Origin: Sphingomonadales bacterium
GTDB taxonomy: Bacteria; Bacteroidota; Bacteroidia; NS11-12g; UBA955
Direction of reading: 5' to 3'
Assembly: GCA_016872175.1 (NCBI GenBank)
Contig: VHBA01000001.1
Span: 2,757-66,756, forward strand
Length of the DNA: 64,000 nucleotides
Positions 27,005 to 35,528 of this stretch are shown here, in pieces (the first letter of the stretch is position 1; each line of letters begins with the position of its first letter). The position numbers and the translations under genes are program-made. A model generated the notes under the pieces. It was not told the origin of the DNA, ran no database searches, and was given only the letters and a program-made list of their open reading frames with translations.

Positions 27005-28006
27005 TTATTTCATCAAGCCGATTTCCCGCAGTCGTTCATGCAGAAACTCAATGGCAGTGCAGTCTTCGTACTTTTTGGGATTGTCTTCACTTGTGCAGCT
27101 TTCCAGACAAGCCAGTGATACATCGGGGCGGGGATGCATGAAAAAAGGTATGGAATAGCGGGGAAGGTGCCATTGCTCACGTGGGGGATTCACCACCCTG
27201 TGGGTTGTGCTGCGCAACCTGTCGTTGGTCAAACGTTGCAACATATCTCCAACATTTATGATGATGTGATCTTCCACCTCGGTTACACCAACATATACAC
27301 CCTGTCTGCTCAATACCTCGAGCCCATCCGCGCTTGCGCCTACCAGAAGTGTAATGAGATTAATATCTTCATGTTCGCCTGCCCTAATAGAGCCATTGGG
27401 TTCGGCATTGATGGGCGGATAATGAATGGGGCGTAAAATACTGTTTCCATTGTGCACTTTATCATCAAAATAGTTTTCAGGCTGATTCAGGTATAGGGCA
27501 ATGGCTCTGAGCATTTGTATACCAGTGGATTCAAGCGCACGGTAAATATCCTTGCCAACCTTGTTGAATGCAGGAATTTCATTCACATATTTATTGGATA
27601 GATAAAAATCTTTAAGCGAATCGCCATCTTCTACCCATTGTCCAAAATGCCAGAATTCCTTTAAATCTCCGGCGTTTGAATTTTTTGCATGCTCCTTGCC
27701 AAATCCGGTATAACCGCGTTGTCCGCCGCCATCTGTGTCATCATATTGTAGTTTGGTTTCAACCGGCAATTCAAAGAATGCCCGTACCTGATTGTAAAGT
27801 TCCTTTAGCAGATTGCCATCAACACCGTGGTTTCTGATGGCCACAAAACCAATGTCTTCATAGGCTTTTCCAAGTGATGAAACAAATTGCATTTTTTGGG
27901 CTTCGGTGCCCTGTGTAAAGTCGGCCAAATCAAGTTTGGGAACAGCAGATAGATATTGTGTAGTCAATGTAAAGAGGGTTTTAGAGGTCAATTTCAAGGA
28001 GCGCAA
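27005..28006 (-). CDS. 2-oxoglutarate/Fe(II)-dependent oxygenase (isopenicillin-N-synthase-like family)
   Basis: 333 aa with a 2OG-Fe(II) oxygenase C-terminal core: a HxD...H facial triad with RxS (…AGEHEDINLITLL…, …LRSTTHRVVNP…). The true start is probably downstream of the track Met, since the first 26 nt overlap the preceding gene. Confidence 0.6.
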   Translation of the reverse strand: MRSLKLTSKTLFTLTTQYLSAVPKLDLADFTQGTEAQKMQFVSSLGKAYEDIGFVAIRNHGVDGNLLKELYNQVRAFFELPVETKLQYDDTDGGGQRGYTGFGKEHAKNSNAGDLKEFWHFGQWVEDGDSLKDFYLSNKYVNEIPAFNKVGKDIYRALESTGIQMLRAIALYLNQPENYFDDKVHNGNSILRPIHYPPINAEPNGSIRAGEHEDINLITLLVGASADGLEVLSRQGVYVGVTEVEDHIIINVGDMLQRLTNDRLRSTTHRVVNPPREQWHLPRYSIPFFMHPRPDVSLACLESCTSEDNPKKYEDCTAIEFLHERLREIGLMK

Positions 28007-28595
28007 GTAATGCTATGAAAATACTGATTAGTCCTAAAATGCCATAACGGAAACCGCCAAACATAGATAGTGTCAACAGAAAGCAAAGGAAGCAAATCCA
28101 GAATAAGTTATCGGTTTCTCTTTTTATAAGATAATAGGCAATGGGAGGAATTGCAAAGCACAAAATCAAATAGAAAAACCAACGCAGACTGCCAGCATCG
28201 GGATTGTCTTTCCCGTTATTATTGGTTTGGTTGTTGTTAGAAATTTTGTTTGGTTGATTTTTACTAAATGATTTGGTCAAAAGTTGTTTAGAAGAGTACT
28301 TTAAGAATTTAGCGGAATTTTTATGCTCTGTAATAGCATGTGTCGAAGCTTTTTCTGACTGTGAAATTTCCTTAGCGTAAACAGGGAATAGAAAGGGTTT
28401 ATCTTCTTTGATATTTTGCAGTTTAACAACTTCAACTGTTTTAAAATCGTTTTGTTTTTTTTGTTGTGAAGGTTTTATTGCTGTTGTACCAAACATAGCA
28501 TTGCCTTCCATGCCACGTTCAGATATTTTCACAGTGCTGCAGGCGGTTGCGGATAGCAAAACAGCAACCGATAGCAAATAATATAGTCGACGCAT
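27981..28595 (-). CDS. hypothetical lipoprotein / membrane protein
   Basis: 204 aa. Lipoprotein-type signal (LLSVAVLLSATACS), an N/Q/K-rich low-complexity middle, and two C-terminal TM helices. No recognisable domain. Confidence 0.35.
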   Translation of the reverse strand: MRRLYYLLSVAVLLSATACSTVKISERGMEGNAMFGTTAIKPSQQKKQNDFKTVEVVKLQNIKEDKPFLFPVYAKEISQSEKASTHAITEHKNSAKFLKYSSKQLLTKSFSKNQPNKISNNNQTNNNGKDNPDAGSLRWFFYLILCFAIPPIAYYLIKRETDNLFWICFLCFLLTLSMFGGFRYGILGLISIFIALLALLEIDL

Positions 28596-28671
28596 AACAG
28601 ATTATATGTGCAAACCTAACCAAAAAATGGTTTTTAGAAAAAGACTCAAGTCGTCTTTTTGAAAAAAAGTT

Positions 28672-28905
28672 CTAAACTGCCTCGGTATGGCTGTCATGAG
28701 AATGCTCACTGATTATAGCCAGTGTGGTGGGGTGGGGCTCTTCTTGAATGGTGTTTAACAGTTGTTTAGACTGCAATACCGATTGATAGAAGTTCCTCAA
28801 TTCGGGGTCACCGGCCATGGCATTTTCAGCCATTTTGCGTTCATCAGCACTAAGTTCTCCGTAGGCCAGTAAAATCAATAGTTCCTGAGTAGTATTTTGT
28901 GTCAT
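28672..28905 (-). CDS. putative anti-sigma factor (ZAS-like N-terminal domain lacking the zinc ligands)
   Basis: Directly downstream of the ECF sigma gene. Contains LLAYGELSADERKMAENAMAGDPELRNFYQS, which parallels the anti-sigma consensus ...AY(L)DGEL...E...HLAGCPECR. Here the Cys/His positions are replaced (AGDPELR), so zinc coordination is not possible. The start at internal Met (MTQNTTQ) is a guess. Confidence 0.4.
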   Translation of the reverse strand: MTQNTTQELLILLAYGELSADERKMAENAMAGDPELRNFYQSVLQSKQLLNTIQEEPHPTTLAIISEHSHDSHTEAV

Positions 28906-28944
28906 AGGCTTGATTATGCAGCTATAACGCAAAATACCTGACAA

Positions 28945-29529
28945 TTATTTTATTTCAACCACAGATTTTTGCATCATTTTTCTCAGATTAATGAGGGCAT
29001 AATGCATCCTGCCAATACAGGTATTGATATTGTTGCCGGTCATTTCGGCTATTTCCTTGAAACTGAGATCTGCATAATGCCTCAGAACCAGCACTTCTTT
29101 CTGTTCGGCAGGCAGCTGGTTGATAAAATTGTGCAAAGAGGCATGCTCCTCACGCTCGATAATAATCTGTTCACGGCTTTCCTCCTTTATGTCTAGAAAA
29201 GAAAAAATATCATTTCCTTCGCTATCGGTAACAATGCCAGGCATACGTCCTTTCTGGCGGATAAAGTCTATGCTGAGGTTGCGTGCTATGCGCAGCGCCC
29301 AGGGTAAAAATTTGTCTTCGTCTCTGTATTTACCGGATTTTAAACACTGAATAACCTTGATGAAGGTTTCCTGAAAGATGTCTTCGGCCAGGTAACGGTC
29401 ATTTACCAACAGGTAAATACTGGTAAAAATGCGTGATTTGTGCCTTTTGATAAGGGTTTCTAACGCTGATTCATTGCCTTCAAGATAAACTTTTAACAAC
29501 GCGCCGTCTGAAATAATGGGTTTTTGCAT
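28945..29529 (-). CDS. RNA polymerase sigma-70 factor, ECF subfamily
   Basis: 194 aa. Region-2 block AEDIFQETFIKVIQ and a region-4 HTH (LVLRHYADLSFKEIAEMTGNNINTCIGRMHYALINLRK). A strong Shine-Dalgarno (AAAGGAGGAAGCC) immediately precedes the ATG. Confidence 0.75.
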   Translation of the reverse strand: MQKPIISDGALLKVYLEGNESALETLIKRHKSRIFTSIYLLVNDRYLAEDIFQETFIKVIQCLKSGKYRDEDKFLPWALRIARNLSIDFIRQKGRMPGIVTDSEGNDIFSFLDIKEESREQIIIEREEHASLHNFINQLPAEQKEVLVLRHYADLSFKEIAEMTGNNINTCIGRMHYALINLRKMMQKSVVEIK

Positions 29530-29671
29530 GGCTTCCTCCTTTTGTGTTTAATGTTAGACTTAATAAAACGGTTTAAGGAGTACGGCTTGCTTACTATAGG
29601 CGTTGTTTATTTAGAGGTTACAATATGCAAGTTCTAACAAAAAAATGACAAATGCAAATTTTTCTTTAAAA

Positions 29672-30580
29672 TTATTTATTTTTTTTCCCGTTGATGTAAT
29701 CGCGGGATGACATGGATGCTTTTCCTGCAGGCTGAATAGTCAACAACTCAAGATATCCATCCTTACACCTATATATTAGGTGATTCTCCACTATTGACAG
29801 GTTTTCATTCAATGGTTTACTCAGATTTGTAACAGGTTGAGCTTTGAAAATCTTAATCGGGCCTTCTGCAGTTTCTATCCATGCGGCGGGGTAAGGGCTT
29901 AACCCCCTGATTTTGTTATGATTTTGTAAAACACTGTCATCAGCAGACAGTTGGCAGAATTCTCTAAAAATCTTTGGCGCCGGTTTTTCATGGCCGGTTA
30001 GTACCTGAGGACGGCTTTGCAAATTCCCGGATTCTACCATATCTACAGTTTTCAAAACTTGTTCTGCTCCTTCAATCATGAGCTTGTCATGCATGGTGCC
30101 TGCATTGTCTTCGGCATCAATGTCAACCGATTGCTGTAAAACAATATCGCCGGTGTCAATCTCATGCTTTAGGAAAAAAGTAGTCACCCCGGTTTGGGTT
30201 TCACCCTGTATAATGGCGTGATTAATAGGTGCAGCACCGCGATATTGAGGCAATAGCGAGGCGTGGAGATTAAATGTTCCTAGCTTAGGCATGCTCCAAA
30301 CAATTTCAGGTAACATTCTGAAAGCAATAACAATCCCCAAATCCGCATTTAACTGTCGCATTTGGGTCACAAATTCCTCAGATCTAAGCTTTTCAGGCTG
30401 CAGAATATTGAGCCCGAGCTCAAGTGCCGCTTTCTTTACATCGCTTTGATGTAAACGCATTCCACGGCCTGCCGGCTTGTCTGGAGCCGTAACAACCGCA
30501 ACCACATTTTTACCGTTTTCAATCAGCTTTCGCAATGAAAAAGCCGCAAATGCCGGGGTGCCAAAGAAAACGATACACAT
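29672..30580 (-). CDS. fmt: methionyl-tRNA formyltransferase
   Basis: The start was moved to the internal Met (MCIVFFGTPAFAAFSLRKL...), a canonical Fmt N-terminus; the first 61 residues of the track ORF are a spurious extension. Formyl-transferase core block HASLLPQYRGAAPINHAI, plus the C-terminal Fmt domain. Confidence 0.8.
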   Translation of the reverse strand: MCIVFFGTPAFAAFSLRKLIENGKNVVAVVTAPDKPAGRGMRLHQSDVKKAALELGLNILQPEKLRSEEFVTQMRQLNADLGIVIAFRMLPEIVWSMPKLGTFNLHASLLPQYRGAAPINHAIIQGETQTGVTTFFLKHEIDTGDIVLQQSVDIDAEDNAGTMHDKLMIEGAEQVLKTVDMVESGNLQSRPQVLTGHEKPAPKIFREFCQLSADDSVLQNHNKIRGLSPYPAAWIETAEGPIKIFKAQPVTNLSKPLNENLSIVENHLIYRCKDGYLELLTIQPAGKASMSSRDYINGKKNK

Positions 30581-30640
30581 GATATATACGTCTAAATAGT
30601 TGTGACGCTGCTGCAAAAGTCCGAAATTTGTAACAAACAC

Positions 30641-33600
30641 ATGGAGTTTGGCAAAAAAATATTTGCGTATTTGTGCATCATTGCCAGCGGACTTTTTGCA
30701 ATTCCTCTGAAATGCCAGCTTAAATTTGTCGAGAACACCGGACAATGGCCTAATTCCTATCATTTTAAAGCATCACTCAGCAGTGCCGATTTGTGGGTCT
30801 CGGATTCAGGTATTTGGATTAATAGCTGGGAACCTGCGGCATCGGAAAAGATGCATGCCAGAAACACCGATGAATTTTTGGTTAACGGCCATGCGTTAAT
30901 CCTGAAATTTAAGGGTGGCAGTTTTCGAAAAACTTCAGGAAAAGGAGAGGTGTTCCCCGAGAAATATCACTATTTTTATGGTAATCAAAAAAAGCAATCT
31001 CAACCTGCACAGGCCTATTCTGTGATTTTTGTAAAAGATCTTTATCCGGGTGTGGACCTTGAAATTATGGAGTTTCAGGGTCGCGTGAAATACAATATCA
31101 TTTGTAGCGATCCCGCCAAAATCAAGCAGGTTCGCTGGAAATACGAAGGTTCTGAAGGTGTAAAAGTTCAATCTGATAACCTTGAAATTATAACTTCATT
31201 GGGTGTTTTCGCAGAACAACTCCCCCGGGTTTTTGCCTCAAACAAAGACGGAGAAACCGATTTGCAGGCTCATTATTTATCTGAGGCAGGATATATTGGC
31301 GTGGATGTGAAAACAGCATCTGTTAAAAGACGCAGAACCAAAACCATTATAGATCCTATACTGGTATTCAGTACTTTCAGTGGCTCACGGGCCGATAATT
31401 TCGGATGTTCAGGAACCTATGATGACTTAGGGAATGCATACGCAGGCGGAACTGTTTTCAATGCAGGTTTGCCAACCACAGCAGGTGCCTATCAAACCAG
31501 ATTTGGAGGAGGTCAGAGCGAAAGCCTCGGATATGGTGGTGCCCGGGATGCTGCAATCCTGAAATTTTCACCGAATGGAAGCACACTCCTTTATTGTACA
31601 TACCTTGGCGGGGAAAACAATGAGCAGCCGCATAGCATGGTGGTAGACCGTTTTGGCAATTTATATATGATGGGTAGTACCAAAAGCCGCACCTTCCCGG
31701 TCACATCTGGGGCTTACCAGTCATCCCAACGCGGTGATTACGATTTTTTCGTCTCTAAACTCAGCAATGATGGCAGTCAACTATTGGCTTCCACATTCTT
31801 GGGCGGGACAGGTATGGATGCTGTTGGCGCCAACCGAGCCTCAGATCCTATTGATGATTATCCCTTATTATATAACTACGCCGATGAATTCAGGGGTGAA
31901 ATAATAACCGACGATACACAGGTATTTATTGCAGGATTTACCTATAGCATTGATTTTCCCCGCTCTTCAAACAGCGCCTGGTTTGGTGGCAAGGAAGATG
32001 CCGTACTTTTTGCCATGAATAATAACCTTACCCAATTAAAATGGTCGCAGTTGGCCGGTAGTAGCGGTCATGATGCATTTTATGGTGTTGCCTTGGGCAA
32101 ACATGGCGATTTGTATGCTTCCGGTGGTAGCAGTAGCAAGGATCTCCCGTCAAAGTTCCCCGTAATTTTTAAAAACAGCTATTTGGGAGGTATTGCCGAT
32201 GGTATTGCCTTTAGGTTCAATAAATACAGTGGTAAAGCACTTGCGGCAACCCACATAGGCACCGCTGCTTACGAACAGGCCTATTTTGCACAGACGGATA
32301 ATTCGGGCAATCCGTATTTCTTCGGACAAACAGAAGGTGTTTTTCCCATTATCAACGCCATCTATAACCAGTCGGCAAAGGGACAATTCATCATAAGGCA
32401 TGATACTGGTCTTAACAATTTAACCCTGAGCACAACTTTTGGCGCTAACAGCAACCAGCCAAACATAAGCCCGTCAGCCTTTCTAGTTGATCGATGTGAA
32501 AGAATTTTTGTTTCAGGGTGGGGAGGTTCTACCAATGACTATCTCACAGATAACCAGACCGGATCACCAAAAGTGCACAGAAATACGGGCAACACCAACA
32601 ATCTCCCTATTTCCGCAGATGCAGCGCAAAAAGTCACCGACGGCAGTGATTTTTATGTGGCTGTTTTTAGTAAAAATATGAATAGTCTGGCCTATGCAAC
32701 TTTCTTCGGAGGCATCTCTTCTGGCAACAAACAGGCTCAGGAACATGTGGATGGCGGTACAAGCCGCTTTGACAAGAAAGGAATTATCTACCAATCAGTG
32801 TGTGCAGGTTGTGGCCGAAATGGATTATTTCCCACCACACCGGGCGCCTACAGCCGTAACATGAACAGCAATAACTGTAACAATGCCATTTTTAAAATAG
32901 ACTTTGAAAACCTGAATAAAAAGCCTTCCATGAAGGATACGTTTGTTCAGGTAATTGCCACCCAGTCAATAAATTTTACACTTAAGGCCACTGATCCTGA
33001 TCCGTTTGATACGCTCATGCTAAAGGCTTTCAGGCTGAAAAACGGTGGCATGAAAGGCAATGATACTGCTTCTGTAATTGTCACCCCCGGAATTGGCAAT
33101 GCGCGCATTGCATTAAAGTGGAACACCACCTGTGGCAGTTTCTCGTCTGATACAGTTGTTTTTAGGGTAATGGTTTTTGACCGTGGTTGTCCCAAAGCCG
33201 ATACTACCTGGGCAACTATTAGGATTTTAGTTACACCACCCCCCAAAGTGATACCACCTGATGCCATATGCGTGAGTCTGGACAGGGCTACAGGCAAAAT
33301 AAAAGTTTCGTGGAAAGCTACTTCACAACCCGCCGCATTTTTTAAATATATTTTGCTGGAAAGAACCAATCCCGACAATTCAGTTATAACCCTGGATACT
33401 ATACGAAACTTCAATGCCGGTGAATTTTCAGACGTATTAACCGTAGATCCTTCAAATAACAATTACTGCTACCGACTTAAGGGTTATAATATCTGCAACG
33501 AAATGGTGCAGAGTACGCTTCCTTTTTGCACGGTTTCTGAAATAAACACCCCCATTGCTTCAACTCCCATGAAATTCGCCACTGTTGATTTTGATAAAAC

Positions 33601-34387
33601 AGTGCGGGCAGAATGGGAACCCAGCAAAGAGCCTGATTTCAAGGAATACGAAATTTACCGTTATCCAAGAGGCGGAAGCAAAGGTAAATCGCCTTTTTTG
33701 GTTACAACAGATACATTGATAAATGATGCATCTTTCAACGTTGATAATGAATCATATTGCTACACTGTTGTGGTGGTTGATAAATGTGGTCACATCAGCA
33801 AACCCGGGGTAGAAGCCTGTAATATTGTGCTTTCAGGAACTGCTACAGGCAGACCGCAATATTACTTTGATTTATCCTGGCAGGATTATATCTCATGGAC
33901 CGGTGCTGTTGATTACTGGACTGTGGAAAGGCAGTATTCTTTAAAACCATGGACTGAGATTGCTTCAAACGTAAAAAACAGACAGGCCCGGGATGCCAAT
34001 CTGGACTATGATTGGGGAGGCTACTGGTATCGTGTTACCGCCCATGAGTTTGCCGCATCTGCCAGCAGAAAACCCTATACCAGCCAAAGCAATTGGATTT
34101 ATCTTTATCAGCCGCCGGAATTATGGGTTCCCAACGCTTTTACTGAAAATGAAGACCGAATAAATGATGTATGGGGTACGGTTCCTGTATTTGTGAAAAA
34201 TTATCAAATGCGGGTTTACGATCGCTGGGGTGGAAAAATCTGGGAAAGCTTTGACAAAAAGCTACAGTGGGATGGTAAAATAAACGGCAATGCTGCACCA
34301 GATGGGGTTTATGCATGGTATGTGATATTTGACGGCTGGGACAACAAAACCTACAAAACCAAAGGTACCGTAACTGTCATTCACTAA
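30641..34387 (+). CDS. large secreted T9SS cargo protein with SBBP beta-propeller repeats and a type-B (gliding-motility-associated) C-terminal sorting domain
   Basis: About 1248 aa from the internal Met that has a signal peptide (MEFGKKIFAYLCIIASGLFAIPLKCQ). The N-terminal half has reiterated SBBP-like repeats of the form LGG...D.G.....D..GN.Y..G.T.S..FP. Ig/Fn3-like segments follow. The C-terminus (LWVPNAFTENEDRINDVWG...YQMRVYDRWGGKIWE...WDGK.NG...PDGVYAWYV) matches the T9SS type-B sorting domain. Confidence 0.6.
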   Translation: MEFGKKIFAYLCIIASGLFAIPLKCQLKFVENTGQWPNSYHFKASLSSADLWVSDSGIWINSWEPAASEKMHARNTDEFLVNGHALILKFKGGSFRKTSGKGEVFPEKYHYFYGNQKKQSQPAQAYSVIFVKDLYPGVDLEIMEFQGRVKYNIICSDPAKIKQVRWKYEGSEGVKVQSDNLEIITSLGVFAEQLPRVFASNKDGETDLQAHYLSEAGYIGVDVKTASVKRRRTKTIIDPILVFSTFSGSRADNFGCSGTYDDLGNAYAGGTVFNAGLPTTAGAYQTRFGGGQSESLGYGGARDAAILKFSPNGSTLLYCTYLGGENNEQPHSMVVDRFGNLYMMGSTKSRTFPVTSGAYQSSQRGDYDFFVSKLSNDGSQLLASTFLGGTGMDAVGANRASDPIDDYPLLYNYADEFRGEIITDDTQVFIAGFTYSIDFPRSSNSAWFGGKEDAVLFAMNNNLTQLKWSQLAGSSGHDAFYGVALGKHGDLYASGGSSSKDLPSKFPVIFKNSYLGGIADGIAFRFNKYSGKALAATHIGTAAYEQAYFAQTDNSGNPYFFGQTEGVFPIINAIYNQSAKGQFIIRHDTGLNNLTLSTTFGANSNQPNISPSAFLVDRCERIFVSGWGGSTNDYLTDNQTGSPKVHRNTGNTNNLPISADAAQKVTDGSDFYVAVFSKNMNSLAYATFFGGISSGNKQAQEHVDGGTSRFDKKGIIYQSVCAGCGRNGLFPTTPGAYSRNMNSNNCNNAIFKIDFENLNKKPSMKDTFVQVIATQSINFTLKATDPDPFDTLMLKAFRLKNGGMKGNDTASVIVTPGIGNARIALKWNTTCGSFSSDTVVFRVMVFDRGCPKADTTWATIRILVTPPPKVIPPDAICVSLDRATGKIKVSWKATSQPAAFFKYILLERTNPDNSVITLDTIRNFNAGEFSDVLTVDPSNNNYCYRLKGYNICNEMVQSTLPFCTVSEINTPIASTPMKFATVDFDKTVRAEWEPSKEPDFKEYEIYRYPRGGSKGKSPFLVTTDTLINDASFNVDNESYCYTVVVVDKCGHISKPGVEACNIVLSGTATGRPQYYFDLSWQDYISWTGAVDYWTVERQYSLKPWTEIASNVKNRQARDANLDYDWGGYWYRVTAHEFAASASRKPYTSQSNWIYLYQPPELWVPNAFTENEDRINDVWGTVPVFVKNYQMRVYDRWGGKIWESFDKKLQWDGKINGNAAPDGVYAWYVIFDGWDNKTYKTKGTVTVIH

Positions 34388-34534
34388 ATGGCCAAATTAC
34401 CACAAAAAAAACGCATTGAACCCAAAATTTGCATAGTATGCCATAGACCGTTTGAATGGCGCAAGAAATGGGAGAAAAACTGGGATGAAGTAAAATATTG
34501 CAGCGATAAGTGCAGGATGCATAAAGCAAGATAA
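34388..34534 (+). CDS. DUF2256-family small zinc-ribbon-like protein (48 aa), not in the ORF track
   Basis: ATG immediately after the stop of the upstream gene. Translation: [48 protein letters not shown]. It has C-x2-C ... C-x3-C spacing and the [18 protein letters not shown] pattern of DUF2256 proteins. Confidence 0.55.
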   Translation: MAKLPQKKRIEPKICIVCHRPFEWRKKWEKNWDEVKYCSDKCRMHKAR

Positions 34535-34551
34535 TAAAAATGGCAAAAATC

Positions 34552-34620
34552 TGATAATGAATTTCAAGTTTATGCGTTAAACCGAAATTCTTAACAATAA
34601 GGTTATTTGCATTTAACGCC
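34552..34620 (+). promoter_or_regulatory. candidate operator region upstream of exbB: Fur-box-like AT-rich element plus a 9-bp inverted repeat
   Basis: TGATAATGAATTTCA at 34552-34566 resembles half of the GATAATGATAATCATTATC Fur consensus. ATGCGTTAAA (34572-34581) and TTTAACGCCAT (34612-34622) form an inverted repeat with a 30-nt spacer. Both lie 50-110 nt upstream of the exbB ATG. Confidence 0.3.
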
Positions 34621-34667
34621 ATGTGTCAGTAATATTGCACCTTTAACAAAAAAACATCAATATCCGT

Positions 34668-35480
34668 ATGAATAACACAGAAAAATCATCAGGTAACAAT
34701 GCCCTCATGGGTTGGTTTGCAGGCGCCGCCATCTTGTTTGCGCTGTTGGTTGGGGTTCTTATCTACTGGAAAGTAATGGGTAATGCCTCCAACTTTGAAA
34801 ATAACGACATCGAAAAAGGACACCCCAAAAACATTTTGGGTATCATCCACCGTGGTGGATTTATCGTGCCTTTGCTTATTGCCGTTAACATCACCGTAAT
34901 TCTGGTAGTGGTAGAAAGATTCATCACGCTTTCCGCTGCTTCGGGCAAAGGGAATGCTGCTTCTTTTATCCGTAGCATTCGCCAGATGCTGGGTAAAAAT
35001 CAGTTTGAAGATGCCATAGCTGCATGTGACACGCAGAAAGGTTCTTTGGCAAGTGTTGTTCGCAGTGGCCTTGTGCGCTACCAGCTTGTTACCAAAGACA
35101 GCAAACTTAGCAACGACGAGAAAAAAGCAGCCATCGAAAAAGAATTGGAAGAGGCTACCGGCCTGGAATTGCCTATGCTATCCCGCAATCTGGTAATTGT
35201 TTCAACCTGTGCTTCTATCGGAACACTGATTGGTCTGATAGGTACAGTATTCGGTATGATTCGTGCATTTGCGGCTCTTGCAAACACCGGAGCGCCAGAT
35301 ACAGCTGCCCTTGCAACAGGTATCTCTGAAGCACTTGTTAATACTGCATTTGGTATTATAGCTTCAACCCTGGCTATCATTTTTTACAACTATTTCACCA
35401 ACCGCATAGACAGCATGACCTACAGCATGGATGAAGCCGGATACAGCATTGTGTCTGAGTTCAATTCCAATCATGCTTAA
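34668..35480 (+). CDS. exbB: MotA/TolQ/ExbB proton-channel family protein
   Basis: 270 aa with 3 TM helices and the family-conserved C-terminal block LATGISEALVNTAFGIIASTLAIIFYNYFTNRID. Confidence 0.75.
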   Translation: MNNTEKSSGNNALMGWFAGAAILFALLVGVLIYWKVMGNASNFENNDIEKGHPKNILGIIHRGGFIVPLLIAVNITVILVVVERFITLSAASGKGNAASFIRSIRQMLGKNQFEDAIAACDTQKGSLASVVRSGLVRYQLVTKDSKLSNDEKKAAIEKELEEATGLELPMLSRNLVIVSTCASIGTLIGLIGTVFGMIRAFAALANTGAPDTAALATGISEALVNTAFGIIASTLAIIFYNYFTNRIDSMTYSMDEAGYSIVSEFNSNHA

Positions 35481-35528
35481 TGCCGTTTACCTTTTATTTA
35501 CTAATCGTATAAAGTTAAAAATAGGACC

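Noticed and set aside
28596-28671. AT-rich perfect hairpin (AAAAAGAC-tcaagtc-GTCTTTTT) between the anti-sigma and lipoprotein genes
   Set aside because: The stem is A/T-only and short. It could be an intra-operon attenuator, but the evidence is too weak to list as a feature.
29672-30763. Long N-terminal extensions in several track ORFs (fmt, porU, porV, gldJ, the thioesterase, the SBBP cargo, the ABC ATPase)
   Set aside because: The track evidently accepts GTG/TTG and the first in-frame start. In each case an internal Met followed by a signal peptide or the canonical family N-terminus is the more likely true start, so coordinates were trimmed rather than treating the extensions as novel domains.
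32947-33462. Antisense ORFs of 100-180 aa embedded in long genes (32947-33462 in the SBBP gene, 38386-38916 in the ABC gene, 7477-7893 in gldJ, 56455-57139 in hppA, and the 19214-20258 set in the dehydrogenase gene)
   Set aside because: They overlap strongly supported genes on the opposite strand and have no motifs or coherent domain features. They are almost certainly non-coding.
34377-34622. 81-aa minus-strand ORF between the T9SS cargo gene and exbB
   Set aside because: It is antisense to the well-formed DUF2256 ORF, has a low-complexity hydrophobic translation, and covers the exbB upstream regulatory region. The plus-strand small ORF is the better explanation.
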